The position numbers were made by a program, and so were the translations under genes. 34,647 nucleotides of DNA from Perkinsus olseni. Its lineage: Eukaryota. Below, piece by piece: positions 10,859-22,073 of this stretch. The stretch lies in the NCBI GenBank assembly GCA_013115125.1, contig JABANN010000371.1, forward strand, positions 1 through 34,647, given 5' to 3'. A model generated the notes under the pieces. It saw only the letters and a list, made by a program, of their open reading frames with translations. It did no database searches and had not been told where the DNA came from. Within the stretch, counting starts at the first letter, position 1. Every line of letters starts with the position of its first letter.

Positions 10859-12250
10859 TCACCACATGGCAACAGGGGAATGAGTCGACATGATCCTCTG
10901 AGAGATCATCTTCCTCAGCGTTGGACATTCGTAATGCCTGAGCATCGGGATCAATGGTATAAAAGCAATTACACAGAGTACAGAGAAGATGGTAGCGATG
11001 TAGAAGTTGGCTCCGTGACCCCAATGCTCATAGACTGGACCAGCCCAAGGCGTTGCTATCAAATTACCAACACTCAAAACGAAATTGAAGTACCCCGTGA
11101 ACTCTCCACCACGACCAGGCGGCGAGATGGTTGCGACCAGCTGAGGGAGCGTCCCGAATATTAGTGGGCCGGCAAGCGCCACGATGTATTTCACAACAAG
11201 GAGACCCGCGATGCTGTTGAAGCACAGGGGGGCGAAGGCCGACACGACGTAAGACGCACAAGCGCTGAGGGCGATGACGGAGACTCTGATCTTCAAATCG
11301 GTAGCCAGGACCATGTACATCCAGTTGCCGACGAAGACGAGAAGACCATCTCCGATACCAGTCGCACCGGCGAGGAAGGGAGAGAAACCGAACTCGTCTT
11401 TGAGCACTAATGGGAAGTTGAGGAAATCAGTCATGTACATACAATTGGAGAGGAGGGCCAGAGTGAACACCAGGAAATACATGAACTTGTCGCTGGACCG
11501 GCGTCCAGAGGGGAGGGAGGAGTCCTCGGGATTTGGGATGGTCAGCGACTCTGGCTGCGACGGCGATGCTTCTGCGAGATGCTTCCAGCTCATCACAGAA
11601 ACCAACAGCGCCAGGATTGCAACGAAGGCAGGCGGGAACATGGGCCCACACAAACCGACCAGCAGCCCTCCTAGGGGAGGACCAATCGCGAAGGACAACG
11701 CCGGTGCCATGTTCATCCAGGCTAAAGCTCTGATCTGCTCATCACCGTTCTTTGTAAGATCGCAGATGTACGCGCTGGCGACAGGACGACCACCGCCGAG
11801 GAGACCAATCAGAAATCTGACGCTTGCGAAAACCCAGAAGTTCAGAGCCACGGCCTGGAGCGCATAGGCTACCGTAAGGCCGATAATTGAGACCAGGAGG
11901 AGCGGTCGTCTGCCGTATATATCAGAGAGCTTGCCGAACAGAGGAGGAGAGAAAAGCATACCAAATGTATAGAAAAACATGAGAATAGAGTAAGCGGTGC
12001 CTTGGTCAAGATTACCCATGCCATAGAGGCAAGATGGCAGGGAGGGATCGACGAGGATGGGCATGACGTTGGTAAAAATAGAGACCCCGACGAAATCAAT
12101 GAAGACGATGGCGTAGACTAGCAGGAGCTTGCTGGTATGGGACTGTCTCCCTCTACGGCTGCTTGAAGGGGCCGCTGCCTTGGGGATAGTTTCGTGACTG
12201 GAGTCGTAGGGACGGTCGGTGAGGCGCGTGTACGTTTGACGATTCGACAT
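10859..12250 (-). CDS. MFS transporter, DHA1/TetA-like drug:H+ antiporter family, 463 aa, intronless
   Basis: Single ORF with likely start MSNRQ at ATG 12250. About 12 hydrophobic segments, motif A GKLSDIYGRRP, RFLIGLLGG, ASAYICD and motif C GPPLGG. Confidence 0.92.
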   Translation of the reverse strand: MSNRQTYTRLTDRPYDSSHETIPKAAAPSSSRRGRQSHTSKLLLVYAIVFIDFVGVSIFTNVMPILVDPSLPSCLYGMGNLDQGTAYSILMFFYTFGMLFSPPLFGKLSDIYGRRPLLLVSIIGLTVAYALQAVALNFWVFASVRFLIGLLGGGRPVASAYICDLTKNGDEQIRALAWMNMAPALSFAIGPPLGGLLVGLCGPMFPPAFVAILALLVSVMSWKHLAEASPSQPESLTIPNPEDSSLPSGRRSSDKFMYFLVFTLALLSNCMYMTDFLNFPLVLKDEFGFSPFLAGATGIGDGLLVFVGNWMYMVLATDLKIRVSVIALSACASYVVSAFAPLCFNSIAGLLVVKYIVALAGPLIFGTLPQLVATISPPGRGGEFTGYFNFVLSVGNLIATPWAGPVYEHWGHGANFYIATIFSVLCVIAFIPLIPMLRHYECPTLRKMISQRIMSTHSPVAMW

Positions 12251-12659
12251 CGAAATAGGGCGAGTCGTAATGAAACCTGAAGTCGCGAGGCAAACAGATA
12301 GGTCCTTTGAGCGCAGCAGCCACTTCCGCGTTGTGATATCCCACCCTGGTTCGATTCCCGGCCCCTGCGTTTCTAAACCACTCCGGAAGTCCCATAGCTG
12401 ATGGGTCCACTTGCCGAGACCCACCAGATGCACGCCTACTCACTCCTCTGCTATCATGTGAAGTCGATGTTCATAGCCGATACCATGCATCACCAACCTC
12501 AGCCACCACTCCTCGCCCCTCAACCACGTTAACCATCCTACTAAACCATCGCCTAGCCTCTGTCACAATGGGACGCTAGACAGTGTCCCCGGCAGGCTCT
12601 CATGAGAACTCGAACAGTCTGGTGAGCATAAAATGCATGCTTGGGCAAATTCACCACAA

Positions 12660-13365
12660 TTAAGCACAGTAACGGGTCTCTTCTGTACCAGTAATACCAC
12701 CGACGACAGCAGCTCGTCGACAACACTTCATCATAAATCTATGGCCTAAGTCGATTCGGCATCGTGCCGACGGCACGCATTAAGGTTAGGAGCAGAAGCT
12801 GATAGGTCAAGGCTGCCAATGAGAGCTATTCCTCTGTTGGCTACATTGAGGCTTACCCTGATGGTCAACTGGCTGAGCGATCCAGCGTCCCGGTATATTG
12901 TCGGGCCGTAGTGGCAAGGTCGACCATAAAGACACGCTCAAGTGGGCCCTCCCTCGAGTACTCTGATTCTTACAAACCCTCACGTTCCACACCAGGCGGA
13001 CACGGAATTAGAATTAGCCTTCCTTTCATCGCTCCTGGTGTCCTCCTCTGCTGCCAATGATCTAGCAACAGAATGACTGCATAGGAGCACTACTGTAGTA
13101 ACAGAATCGCAGCGAGCTTCATCTCTGACTTCCTCCAGCGGCGGCCGTCCTCGCTGAGAGACAATTTGTGCCGCCCCGGCAGCTCGGATTCCCACCTCGT
13201 CTGACTCGGTCGACAGAGACCAAGCTATCGCGTCGGCCGCGGTGGACGCAAGTAGCCGCCTCGCTACACTGAGCTGCTCAGTGGCGGCGTCAATCTCCCC
13301 TGAAGCCAGAAGAGGGAAGATTCAAATTTACCTTCGAATCCGGATCATCAGCAATGGCGTCAACC
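12660..13365 (-). pseudogene. Decayed duplicate of the DCC1 3' exons
   Basis: SVARRLLASTAADA...DEVGIRAAGAAQIVSQRG vs SVVRRLLASIATDA...DEARIRAARAAQIVCQRG. MMKCCRRAAVVGGITGTEETRYCA* vs LMKCCRRVVVKDGISGTEETRYCAKF*. It has frameshifts and an ~300-bp internal deletion. Confidence 0.8.
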
Positions 13366-13445
13366 TGTCACAGTAAATGACGCATGGACGGCAGTAGAGC
13401 CCTTCGGAGTCCCCGCGAGATTGATTCGAGAAGCGTTGTTTCAAC

Positions 13446-13517
13446 GGTTCTATGGTGTAACGGTTAGCACTCCAGACTCTGAATCTGGCGATCTGGGTTC
13501 AAATCCCGGTAGAACCT
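13446..13517 (+). tRNA. tRNA-Gln (CTG)
   Basis: Full cloverleaf: acceptor ggttcta/tagaacc, anticodon arm ccaga-ctCTGaa-tctgg, T arm ctggg-ttcaaat-cccgg. Confidence 0.96.
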
Positions 13518-13871
13518 ATTATTACCAGTTTACCATCACTCCGACACGCCAAGTGCATCACGAATTCGGCGTGGGTGGTCCACCCCTTCGAAGCGAACAC
13601 ACCGGCCCACGAAGACCCCAATACCGGTACTATGTGCTAGGCATCAGAGCGCCCAAGAGTTACACAGATTGATACAACCGAAGAAGCATACATATCACAA
13701 ACGCATCCAGTTAATGAAAGACAACACCGATAGGCTATCGGCGATAGCCGAGTCTTTCCTCAGTTACAATGTTCTGCTTAGTTATATTGTTACAATGACC
13801 TTGCGACCGGCAGGCTCCGAAACGAACTCGAACAGTCAGGTGAGAAGAAAATGCATGCTTGAGCGAATTGA

Positions 13872-16529
13872 TCAAAATTTCGCACAGTAACGGGTCTCTT
13901 CTGTACCACTAATGCCGTCCTTGACAACAACCCGTCGACAGCACTTCATCAGAAAACTATCGACTCTGACGTTAGGCGGTAGAACCTGACAAGCCATGGC
14001 TGATCCCAATGCCAACGGAGATGCCCCACCTCCCCGATCCACTGACTGAGAGATTCAGCGTCCCAGTACTTCCGCAGGCCTAGCAGCACCTTCAAGCGGG
14101 CTCTCGGCTCAGGCGGCAAAGTCGACCTGAAAGATGCGCTCGAGCCGATCTCCGCGACGCGTCGTATCGCTTACCTATCCACGTGTACCACAACAGGCGG
14201 GGATGCTCGATCATCTATGACGGCCCTGTCTCGAACCATGGAGTAGATCAAGTCCCGAACTTCGCCTTCTTCCCGTGCCTCTTGCTCCCCCCTTTCGCAG
14301 CCAATCGTGTTGGCGACCGAGTGACTGCGTGAAAACGCTAATAGTGAAAACCGATCGGGAAAGTCCTACACGAATTGCTCTTCGAACTCCCTCAATGACA
14401 GACTTCCCCGCTGACAGACGATCTGTGCAGCCCGGGCAGCTCGGATTCTCGCCTCGTCCAACTCTATGTTCGTCCGAGACTTAGCCGTGGCGTCCGTCGC
14501 GATGGACGCCAGTAGCCGTCTCACCACACTGAGCGGCGGCGTCGACCGTCCCTGGAGCCACAGCGGGGAAGCAGCGAATTACTTCCTCCACGTCAAGTTC
14601 ACCCAACGAGCATAACCGATTGAGAGCTCGAAGTAGCGGAAAAAGGACGAAGGAACCAACCTCCGAGGAGCAAGTCGAATCCACAGTCTGCCAGCATTCC
14701 TCGACGTCAACGCTGATGCGACCACCATCTCCCTCGGCGGCGGCATCACAACACTCTGGGAGCACTGACAGTATCTGGAGCCCTCGCTGTAATGCCGAAG
14801 CCCCGAGGGGAGACCCACCAAATCCAAAGTCTCGACGATGTAGCTCTCGTCCATAACGATCAAGTTGCCGCTATTGTCGATGACAATCTTGGACTCCGGA
14901 TCATCAATAAAAGCGTCGACCTACCACATTGGAAACCCCATCGACGCCAGCAAATTCCAAGCAGAGTCCTCAGCAAGAGCGCTCCGAGCATTTAGCCTTC
15001 AGCGGTTCTATGGTGTAACGGTTAGCACTCCAGACTCTGAATCTGGCGATCTGGGTTCAAATCCCGGTAGAACCTATCTAAGAGGTCCAATTATCCAGAG
15101 TTGATTTATCTATCTTTCCAAGACGAATTCGGCCCGGGTGATCCAACCCTTCAAATCGAGGACTCACCCAACAGAGACACCAATGCCGGTGCTCTCTGTA
15201 AGGCGACAGACCTCTACATAGTTACACAAATGATACAACCGAAATTGCTCGCCCCCGCGCCCGCCCCGACCTGTCTTTGCGGCAATGCCGCAAAGCTCTG
15301 GGAGAACCAGCTCGCCAAGGGAACTTTCCTCGAGAGACCCGGTTTTAATAAGCTTCCGCATCGGAGCGTAACAGGGCGCAGCTCAACCTTCGGCAGGGCT
15401 TTCCCCCTTTATCAACGGTGGAGGATGTCCTACTGAGATTGCCAAACTCCAAACTGCTGAAAGCGCATCAACCTTCAACGGTTCTATCATAGAACTTCTA
15501 TGGTGTAACGGTTAGCACTCCAGACTCTGAATCTGGCGATCTGGGTTCAAATCCCGGTAGAACCTTTCCCCAGAGAGAAATTCTATCCACATTACTTCAT
15601 CGTCACTCGCTTGCAGAGAGTACTTCAGCCGCTTCCTATCATTCATTCCCTCCACTTCTCCACATCGGGACTCTAGCGCCGATGCAATCTGCAAGGAATT
15701 GGACTCGCAAATCACAGCTCTCCAGAGTTACCCAAGAATATATTCTCACAGTCACATGCAGTCACGAACAATGAAAAGCTGAAGTCTCCGGCCCCGCTCG
15801 ACTACAGCATCCTGGTTGATCCTGGGCCCGATCGGAGCCAAGACGAAAGTGTCCTGCTGGTTGCATGCTACTTGAACCTTTCCTCCAACCACCCTAACGA
15901 GAGACGAAGAGCTGCCTCCTCCTCCTCCTGCAGCGGCCGAAGATGTGCTTACTGACAGACTAAACGGGCGTTGGAGTTGTTCAGGGACTTCATCTCGAAG
16001 GACTTCCCGCCAATGCACGCCACCGCCGGCTCGTCTGGAGCACCTAGCAGTCGTTGCAACCACCTAATAACTCACCAGAGGTACGGCATTCGACGACTAT
16101 GGGGACCGAAGGAAGCTCCATGAGTCCGCGAGCGCTACCGTGTGCAAGGGAATGCTGTACACCATCCACTGTCTTGACGCATGATTCCTCTTTTGACCGC
16201 CTTCCTTGCTAGCCTAGCTCATTCACTGGCGTTATCATGACATTTGTCACTCGAGAACCACTTTATAAACGACCCTTATAGAGTCGAATAGCACCGTGTA
16301 CGCAGATAGAGCAGGTCGAAGCATGCATTAGACATGAAAAAAGATTCCCTCCCCTTCTACCCTTGATCACTAGTATCCTTTGTGGCTGCTCTCCTTCGAT
16401 CTCCACCCCTTCCGGGAGCTCGAACAACTTCAGCCCACTATCACTATAAGTCTCGGAGTACTTGATAGGCAGACCCCTACCCGCTGATGGTAGATGATGC
16501 AGGAGAGGATGATCCACATGAGACGGCAT
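13872..16529 (-). CDS. DCC1: Sister chromatid cohesion protein DCC1 (Ctf18-RFC subunit) homolog, ~10 exons
   Basis: Manually spliced in frame: 16529-16361, 16043-15953, 15893-15806, 15688-15596, 14920-14819, 14774-14661, 14551-~14372 and three further exons to TGA at 13872. The peptide LKLFELP...LVIKG/APDEPAVACIGGKSFEMKSLNNSNARL...LQASDDE/VDAF...YIVETLDL/IL...LDEARI...LREFEEQF...LPPEPRARLKVLLGLRKYW...VDSFLMKCCR...RYCAKF follows the conserved Dcc1 motif order. Confidence 0.8.
15004..15075 (+). tRNA. tRNA-Gln (CTG), antisense within a DCC1 intron
   Basis: 72 nt identical to 13446-13517. Confidence 0.96.
15480..15565 (+). pseudogene. tRNA-Gln (CTG) with acceptor stem disrupted by a 14-nt insertion
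   Basis: Reads ggttctat-catagaac-ttctat-ggtgtaacgg. The body 15496-15565 is identical to the other copies, but the contiguous 5' strand becomes acttcta, mispairing positions 1-2. Confidence 0.8.
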
Positions 16530-16997
16530 GATAAGAACCAACTGCAAGATAAAAATTTCTGCGCCCCGTCATTGCGCCAGCTACGATGATCCACTACGTT
16601 CTACTATACTGCTGTCCGTTACTAGTGATGCCTGGGTATCGAGTTACCAACTACAGAGGGATATCAACTCTGCACGCATGCACATCATCTACGTGAGGCC
16701 TAGCGGAGCGAAGCAGTCCATCAGGGTGATACTCCGAACCAGTACGTATGCTCAACACCGTCCTCTTTAATGACAACACTCATGAAAATACGTCATGCAG
16801 GGATCGAACCCATGCTCTCCGCCGACACCTGATTCCCTATACTGAGCAGCATATCTTCGAATTCCGCCTGACCAGAAAAGATACTCCAACCTCTGTTCCC
16901 CCGCTTGAGCTTAAGATACTCAAAGATATGCCCCACGAAAGCAAGTATCTCAGCTTCGCCTCACCTCAGCCTCAGACATACTTTGAAAGTATGTCTG

Positions 16998-17271
16998 AGA
17001 AAGTATTACTCAGACTATTACTATTACTATATTAGAAAGTATTAGTANNNNNNNNNNNNNNNNNNNNNNNNNNNNNNNNNNNNNNNNNNNNNNNNNNNNN
17101 NNNNNNNNNNNNNNNNNNNNNNNNNNNNNNNNNNNNNNNNNNNNGTATCACAGAAAGTATTACTCAGACTATTACTATTACTATATTAGAAAGTATTAGT
17201 ATCACAGAAAGTATTACTCAGACTATTACTATTACTATATTAGAAAGTATTAGTATCACAGAAAGTATTAC
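16998..17271. repeat. 54-bp AT-rich tandem repeat spanning assembly gap 17048-17144
   Basis: agaaagtattactcagactattactattactatattagaaagtattagtatcac repeats at 16998, 17152 and 17206. Confidence 0.9.
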
Positions 17272-17349
17272 TTCCTGTGCTCGACAAACTCGCTTAAACT
17301 CCTTCCTCTTCAAACGAGATGTCGGTACTACGACTAGACCACGCCAGAC

Positions 17350-18455
17350 TAGAGCTAGCAGCAAGAAAAACACGATATTCCGAATGTACTCGGACAACTG
17401 TAGTCTGACTAAGCCGCCTTTCGGCGTTGGACTAAAACTCACACAGACCTCGCTGCTCGATAAGCTGATTCCTAAACTAAGAATTGATTCTATTACCTTC
17501 CAGAATCAGTTTATTGAACACCGCAATAAACCTCACGCCCGCGGGTTTAGAATGCATACCGCGGGGATCGAACTCGGGACCTACCTTCTCTTCCGCTAGC
17601 ACCATCTGCTTCTGTGAATTCTTAACCCAGCAGGTCCTCGTAAGATGCTCCGCTATGCTGTCCTCTATCCACTTCCTATCGCCCACCGTGAGGGGCCCTA
17701 CGCCACTCGAAGTCCCCTTCGAGAGATCCTGCAAAACAGCGGCCAAGGTCGCGTGTATCTCCTACGGGAAATGACGAACGACTCCCAAGCAGACTTCCGC
17801 AAAGTCCACCAACGGAAGAGCGCTAATCAATCAGCATCGGGATAGTGCTCGAAGACCTCATCGCAGCTACTCCCGCTAGTCTTCAACCGCCAGACTGGGA
17901 GTTCGACGAAATCGACAACCGAGTTTATTTTTCGTGAACGGTCGTCCAAGGTTCCTCAGCTCCGAGTACCATCAGTATTTTCAAACTCTATGAAAGCCAG
18001 ACGATGTAGAAGGACGATAAAAGCCAAGTAAAAGTGTGTAAGCTGTCTGCGACTATCTCAGCCTAGCGGCAGGGGAGCCTACTATTGACTGTATTCATAG
18101 GGGGAATCACCCAGAACATCACGTCAAGCGTGATATCGGATCGGAGACACATAATTTGCACCGCGGGTAAGAGAACTCAAACTGAAGCCGGTGCATCCCG
18201 AACGTTGACAGCATCACAGCCCGATAAGATCTTCCCGTTAGTCCTCTAGTGCAGTATACTCATAATGGGCGATACGAAAGGGACAACACTAGAGAGTATC
18301 TTTTCACCCGTCACCTGCCAGAGTTCAAGCTCCCTGAGCTCAGGATACAGTCTGATAGCTTCCAGCTGTTGCCTCTCCTCCCTCGTCAACGTCTCCCTCC
18401 TCAGCACGTCGTCTCTCATGCCGGTACTCGACTGAAGGCTCTCCGTGCTCGACAT
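17350..18455 (-). CDS. Putative small multi-exon hypothetical protein
   Basis: Exon-like blocks MSSTESLQSSTGMRDDVLRRETLTREERQQLEAIRLYPELRELELWQ|gtgacg and ag|EIHATLAAVLQDLSKG...KWIEDSIAEHL have splice-like borders. The full model was not resolved. Confidence 0.35.
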
Positions 18456-21400
18456 CACCAACCGCTCTCCGATGTCCGCTGGGGGGTCGAACCCAACCTG
18501 GGAAGATCGAGAATCTTTTCTTCCGCCACTTGCACCAATCAACCTTCCAATACAATCTGAGACGATGTTCTAAACAACGTTGATCGCTAAAGAGCCTCCG
18601 CGGTGCTCGAAAGAAACTCCTTCCTGCCATCAGATCTCGAAGCTGGCTGAAGCATTCTGTGAAAACTCTGGTCGCATTTTTCCCAGCCTGGGTAATTCAT
18701 GATAACATAAACATGCAGCCCGTACCTGTAATTTTCAGTTTTTTTTTCATTTTTTCATCAGTAGATTTACTAATAAGAAAAAATAAAAAAACATATCGGA
18801 AAAAAATAAATGGTTGCTATCAATCAACTTGGCTGTATGCGCAAACCTCTGCCCGATCGAATTCCGACTTGTAACTTCCGTTTCGCCTATCGAATTGATC
18901 GCGCAATGTCTACCGCCAGGAAGGGAGCTGAGTTCGGATTGCACCCGCGGCGTATGTGAGCTTCAAGTCAACGCCGAGAACCAGCTTAGACAGACTAGCA
19001 CCACCGGCGTCTCTTGTTTCCAAAGGGATGAGCTCAGGGAGTTAACAAGGCATCTGCAGCACTGCTAGACGGGGCCGATGAAATGGTTTACTAATTTAAT
19101 GCCTGTAACCAAATATTGATACCTCATCTCTGTGGGAGTGACTGAGTATACCAATTGACGGAAACAGTTTCCTTGAAAAGGAGGTCTCACCACTATTGAT
19201 AGTAAGCAATAAATTCTCATCCTCATATCATACATGTCGTCAACGTGAAAGACCACGCCTGGCGGGGCCAAGTCCACTCGACCTGATCGCAGCGGAGGAC
19301 GGAGAAGGGGGGAGTTGAAAGTTGAGTTGAGTTGAAGTGGTATCAACAACATTCACTACAGCTAGAGCCACGATTTGGATCGCGAAGTTCCGATACAGGA
19401 CAGATATGAAAATGGATAGGACCCCATATTCAGAAACCGTCGACAAAGCAGGATCAATGAAAAAGATTGATCATTTCGCCAGTGATGAATTAAGTATGAT
19501 TTCAGTACAGCCAGGAGAGTACGATGTGGAAGAAATGTGGTATGGCGCATCACCATACCATACCTTGCTGAGCAAGGCTTGCTCACATCGTATTCATCGT
19601 ATTATTGCCAGAGATGCACAGGCGATGCTTTCTTGAAGGCGAAACAGTTGGAAGCTTGTAGCAGCCGGAAAATCACAAGCCCTCATTCGTATATTTCGAT
19701 TCGGAATCCACAAATTTGTCGAAAATTGGAAACTATTTTCAATGAATCGCATCATCCAACCAGAGCCGGAAAGGTATCTTAGGTTGACTCATGAAAGTTT
19801 CAAAGCCGTCCTCTTCAATCGCCCATTCTCGCATACATCACATGCCAACCTCGCGAGTGTACCCGCAGTATCACGAGGCTTGAAGCCCCTTCAAAGCTTA
19901 GGAGTAGAAAACAGGTCAAGCAGTCGGTGGAACCACAAGGGCACCCGAACGCGCACAGCAACGAGAGCTCACCAGAATTGGTATCAGAGCAGTTCTCGGA
20001 CGATCCCATGGAGGCTCCATGTTGACTTGTAGAGGCGGAAAGAACTGTAGGATTCCAAGGTCGATTCCTGTAAGATACGGAATATGTCGAGCTCGCACTC
20101 GACGTATCCGAAGATACGTCGGTTCTAGAACGCACTGTCGTAGGCGTTGGACTTCGAGCTCACACATAAAAGCGAATGCTCGACCTGCCCCCTTCGGGAC
20201 TAGAGCCCCTCTCAGCGGCTTACACATCCTTAATCGTTCCATCTCCGTTAACAGCCCCCATACTGCGCTGTTCCCGTACAAGGAGATCCAGCAGAAGCTT
20301 CACGCCGCTTCTCAAGGTTATCTACATGAACCATCCTCCATGAGAGGTGAAGTCTTTCCGATAAAGCCTCACAGGTGAGTTCCACTGAAGAAACTGTAGG
20401 CGAGCGAGGGCAGAGGTTTCGAGTAGGTCATTGAGGCAGCCGATGATCTGAAGTGCGGAATACTTAGAGGACAGACCAAATGGGAGCCTCCCAAGGACAG
20501 CCAAAACAATGTTTTGGTCAGTGTGGTGATTTTTCCACACTGGTAAATTTTTCATGTTTTGAAAACATCCTCTGGCCTCAGAGTAGCTCAGCGAGCAGTG
20601 TCCATCCTCAAAGTTGCACACAAACGCCTACTGTCTGCATCTCGCAATATCGACTGGAAGGTTGAGGAGCTCGGAGTCTTCCATGAGACTAATGGTTCTA
20701 TGATTCACTCTCTCGGTGGAGACGAGGATGGTGAGGTGTCGGTTGTTGATGGAAGTTGTGTTCGGCCTTTCCTTGGCTATGGATGTCTTTGCGTTATTCG
20801 ACTATATAATCAGGGTCGACAAGGTTTCTACTATGGTCTCATCGATATTTCCAACGCCATCGCTCTTGAAAACAATCACAATCGTTCACCCTCTTCCCTT
20901 TTATCTATATCCTATCTCGCCTGGGTTGCGGCAGATGATCCGAGTTGGATAAGCATTATTCAACTACAATCGGGTCATCCGCATGCCACCGCTACCCCTT
21001 CACATTCAACCGCTTGCTTACATTTTTCACTGCCAACTCGTCAGTAAAAAACAGAATGCCGAACAAGGAATCCCTCTTCGTGTTGGTCTCGAAGCGGCAG
21101 CGTGAAAGCAGCTAAGCGTCGCCATCCCAAAATGCTTTTACCAAACCACTAGTAATTTCCCAAGACGCACAGTAGCATCCTCGAGACTTTAAAGATGTCA
21201 TATCCCGTCTCACCTGTCTCTTCAATACTCTCGGTCCGACCTCTAGGCACTCCAACAGATGCCCTACCCCATTGAAATTGATAATAAATCCTTCCTCCGA
21301 TTTCTTGCAGCCCAGAATGCAGCTCCACACGCAATCAACCGCGCACACTCCCAATGATAACCTGCAAATACCAAATCCTCATAATCCTCGTGCCAGTTCT

Positions 21401-21642
21401 CTATTTCGCATGCCGCGATTGGCGGGTTATGATAGACCGTCCGAGGGCGCGCGAGATTTCTCCCTCGAGTTCCAAAGCATTTAGCCCAATCTGTGTAGCT
21501 AGCAACGCGAGAATTTCAGGCTCATGCCATTCTGAAAACTGATGGGTTCATTATTACATGAATAAAACAGACCTACGCCACCATAGACCGGCCGTTGGGG
21601 CTCCGGGCGATGAGTTTTTATCGGGCTCCGCGTAAGTGTTAG

Positions 21643-22073
21643 TAGCACGTTTTTTTCAGGTTCAACACTCTCAAATTGAAATCCGTGAGAATCGAGTCTC
21701 AATTTTCAATATTACGAATAAGAGACTCGTGTATTATNNNNNNNNNNNNNNNNNNNNNNNNNNNNNNNNNNNNNNNNNNNNNNNNNNNNNNNNNNNNNNN
21801 NNNNNNNNNNNNNNNNNNNNNNNNNNNNNNGTATTATAGATGCATTAGTGAAAAGAATAACTGGCGGGAAAGTATATTAAATAATCTTTCTTGAAATAAT
21901 AGTATTTTAGCACTTTTTTTCAGGTTCAAAACTCTCAAATTGAAATCCGTGAGAATCGAGTCTCAATTTTCAATATTACGAAAAAGAGACTCATGTATTA
22001 TAGATGCATTAGTGAAAAGAATAACTGGCGGGAAAGTATATTAAATAATCTTTCTTGAAATAATAGTATTTTA
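21643..22073. repeat. ~164-bp AT-rich tandem repeat spanning assembly gap 21738-21830
   Basis: gtattatagatgcattagtgaaaag... at 21831 and 21995; ttttttcaggttcaa.actctcaaattgaaatccgtgagaatcgagtctc at ~21651 and ~21915. Confidence 0.88.

Noticed and set aside
11274-11867. 197-aa plus-strand ORF
   Set aside because: Antisense shadow of the MFS CDS.
12325-12370. tRNA-like T-arm (cctggttcgattcccgg) with a His-like gcgttgtg
   Set aside because: No pairing acceptor stem, D arm or anticodon stem. At most an old relic.
12251-12433. 61-aa N-terminal extension of the MFS ORF
   Set aside because: It relies on a non-ATG start and is not MFS-like. The first ATG is at 12250.
13883-13908. Conserved block cacagtaacgggtctcttctgtacca (also at ~12665) as a possible ncRNA
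   Set aside because: Explained as the DCC1 C-terminal coding sequence GTEETRYCA on the minus strand.
16790-16825. Minus-strand B-box-like gggttcgatccc
   Set aside because: No cloverleaf could be built around it.
17553-17585. Minus-strand tRNA-3'-like ggtcccgagttcgatcccc
   Set aside because: No 5' half is present. It probably lies at an intron start and is coincidental.
19390-21050. Fragmentary plus-strand coding-like region
   Set aside because: No consistent exon chain or recognisable motif. It is possibly a decayed lineage-specific gene but cannot be supported.
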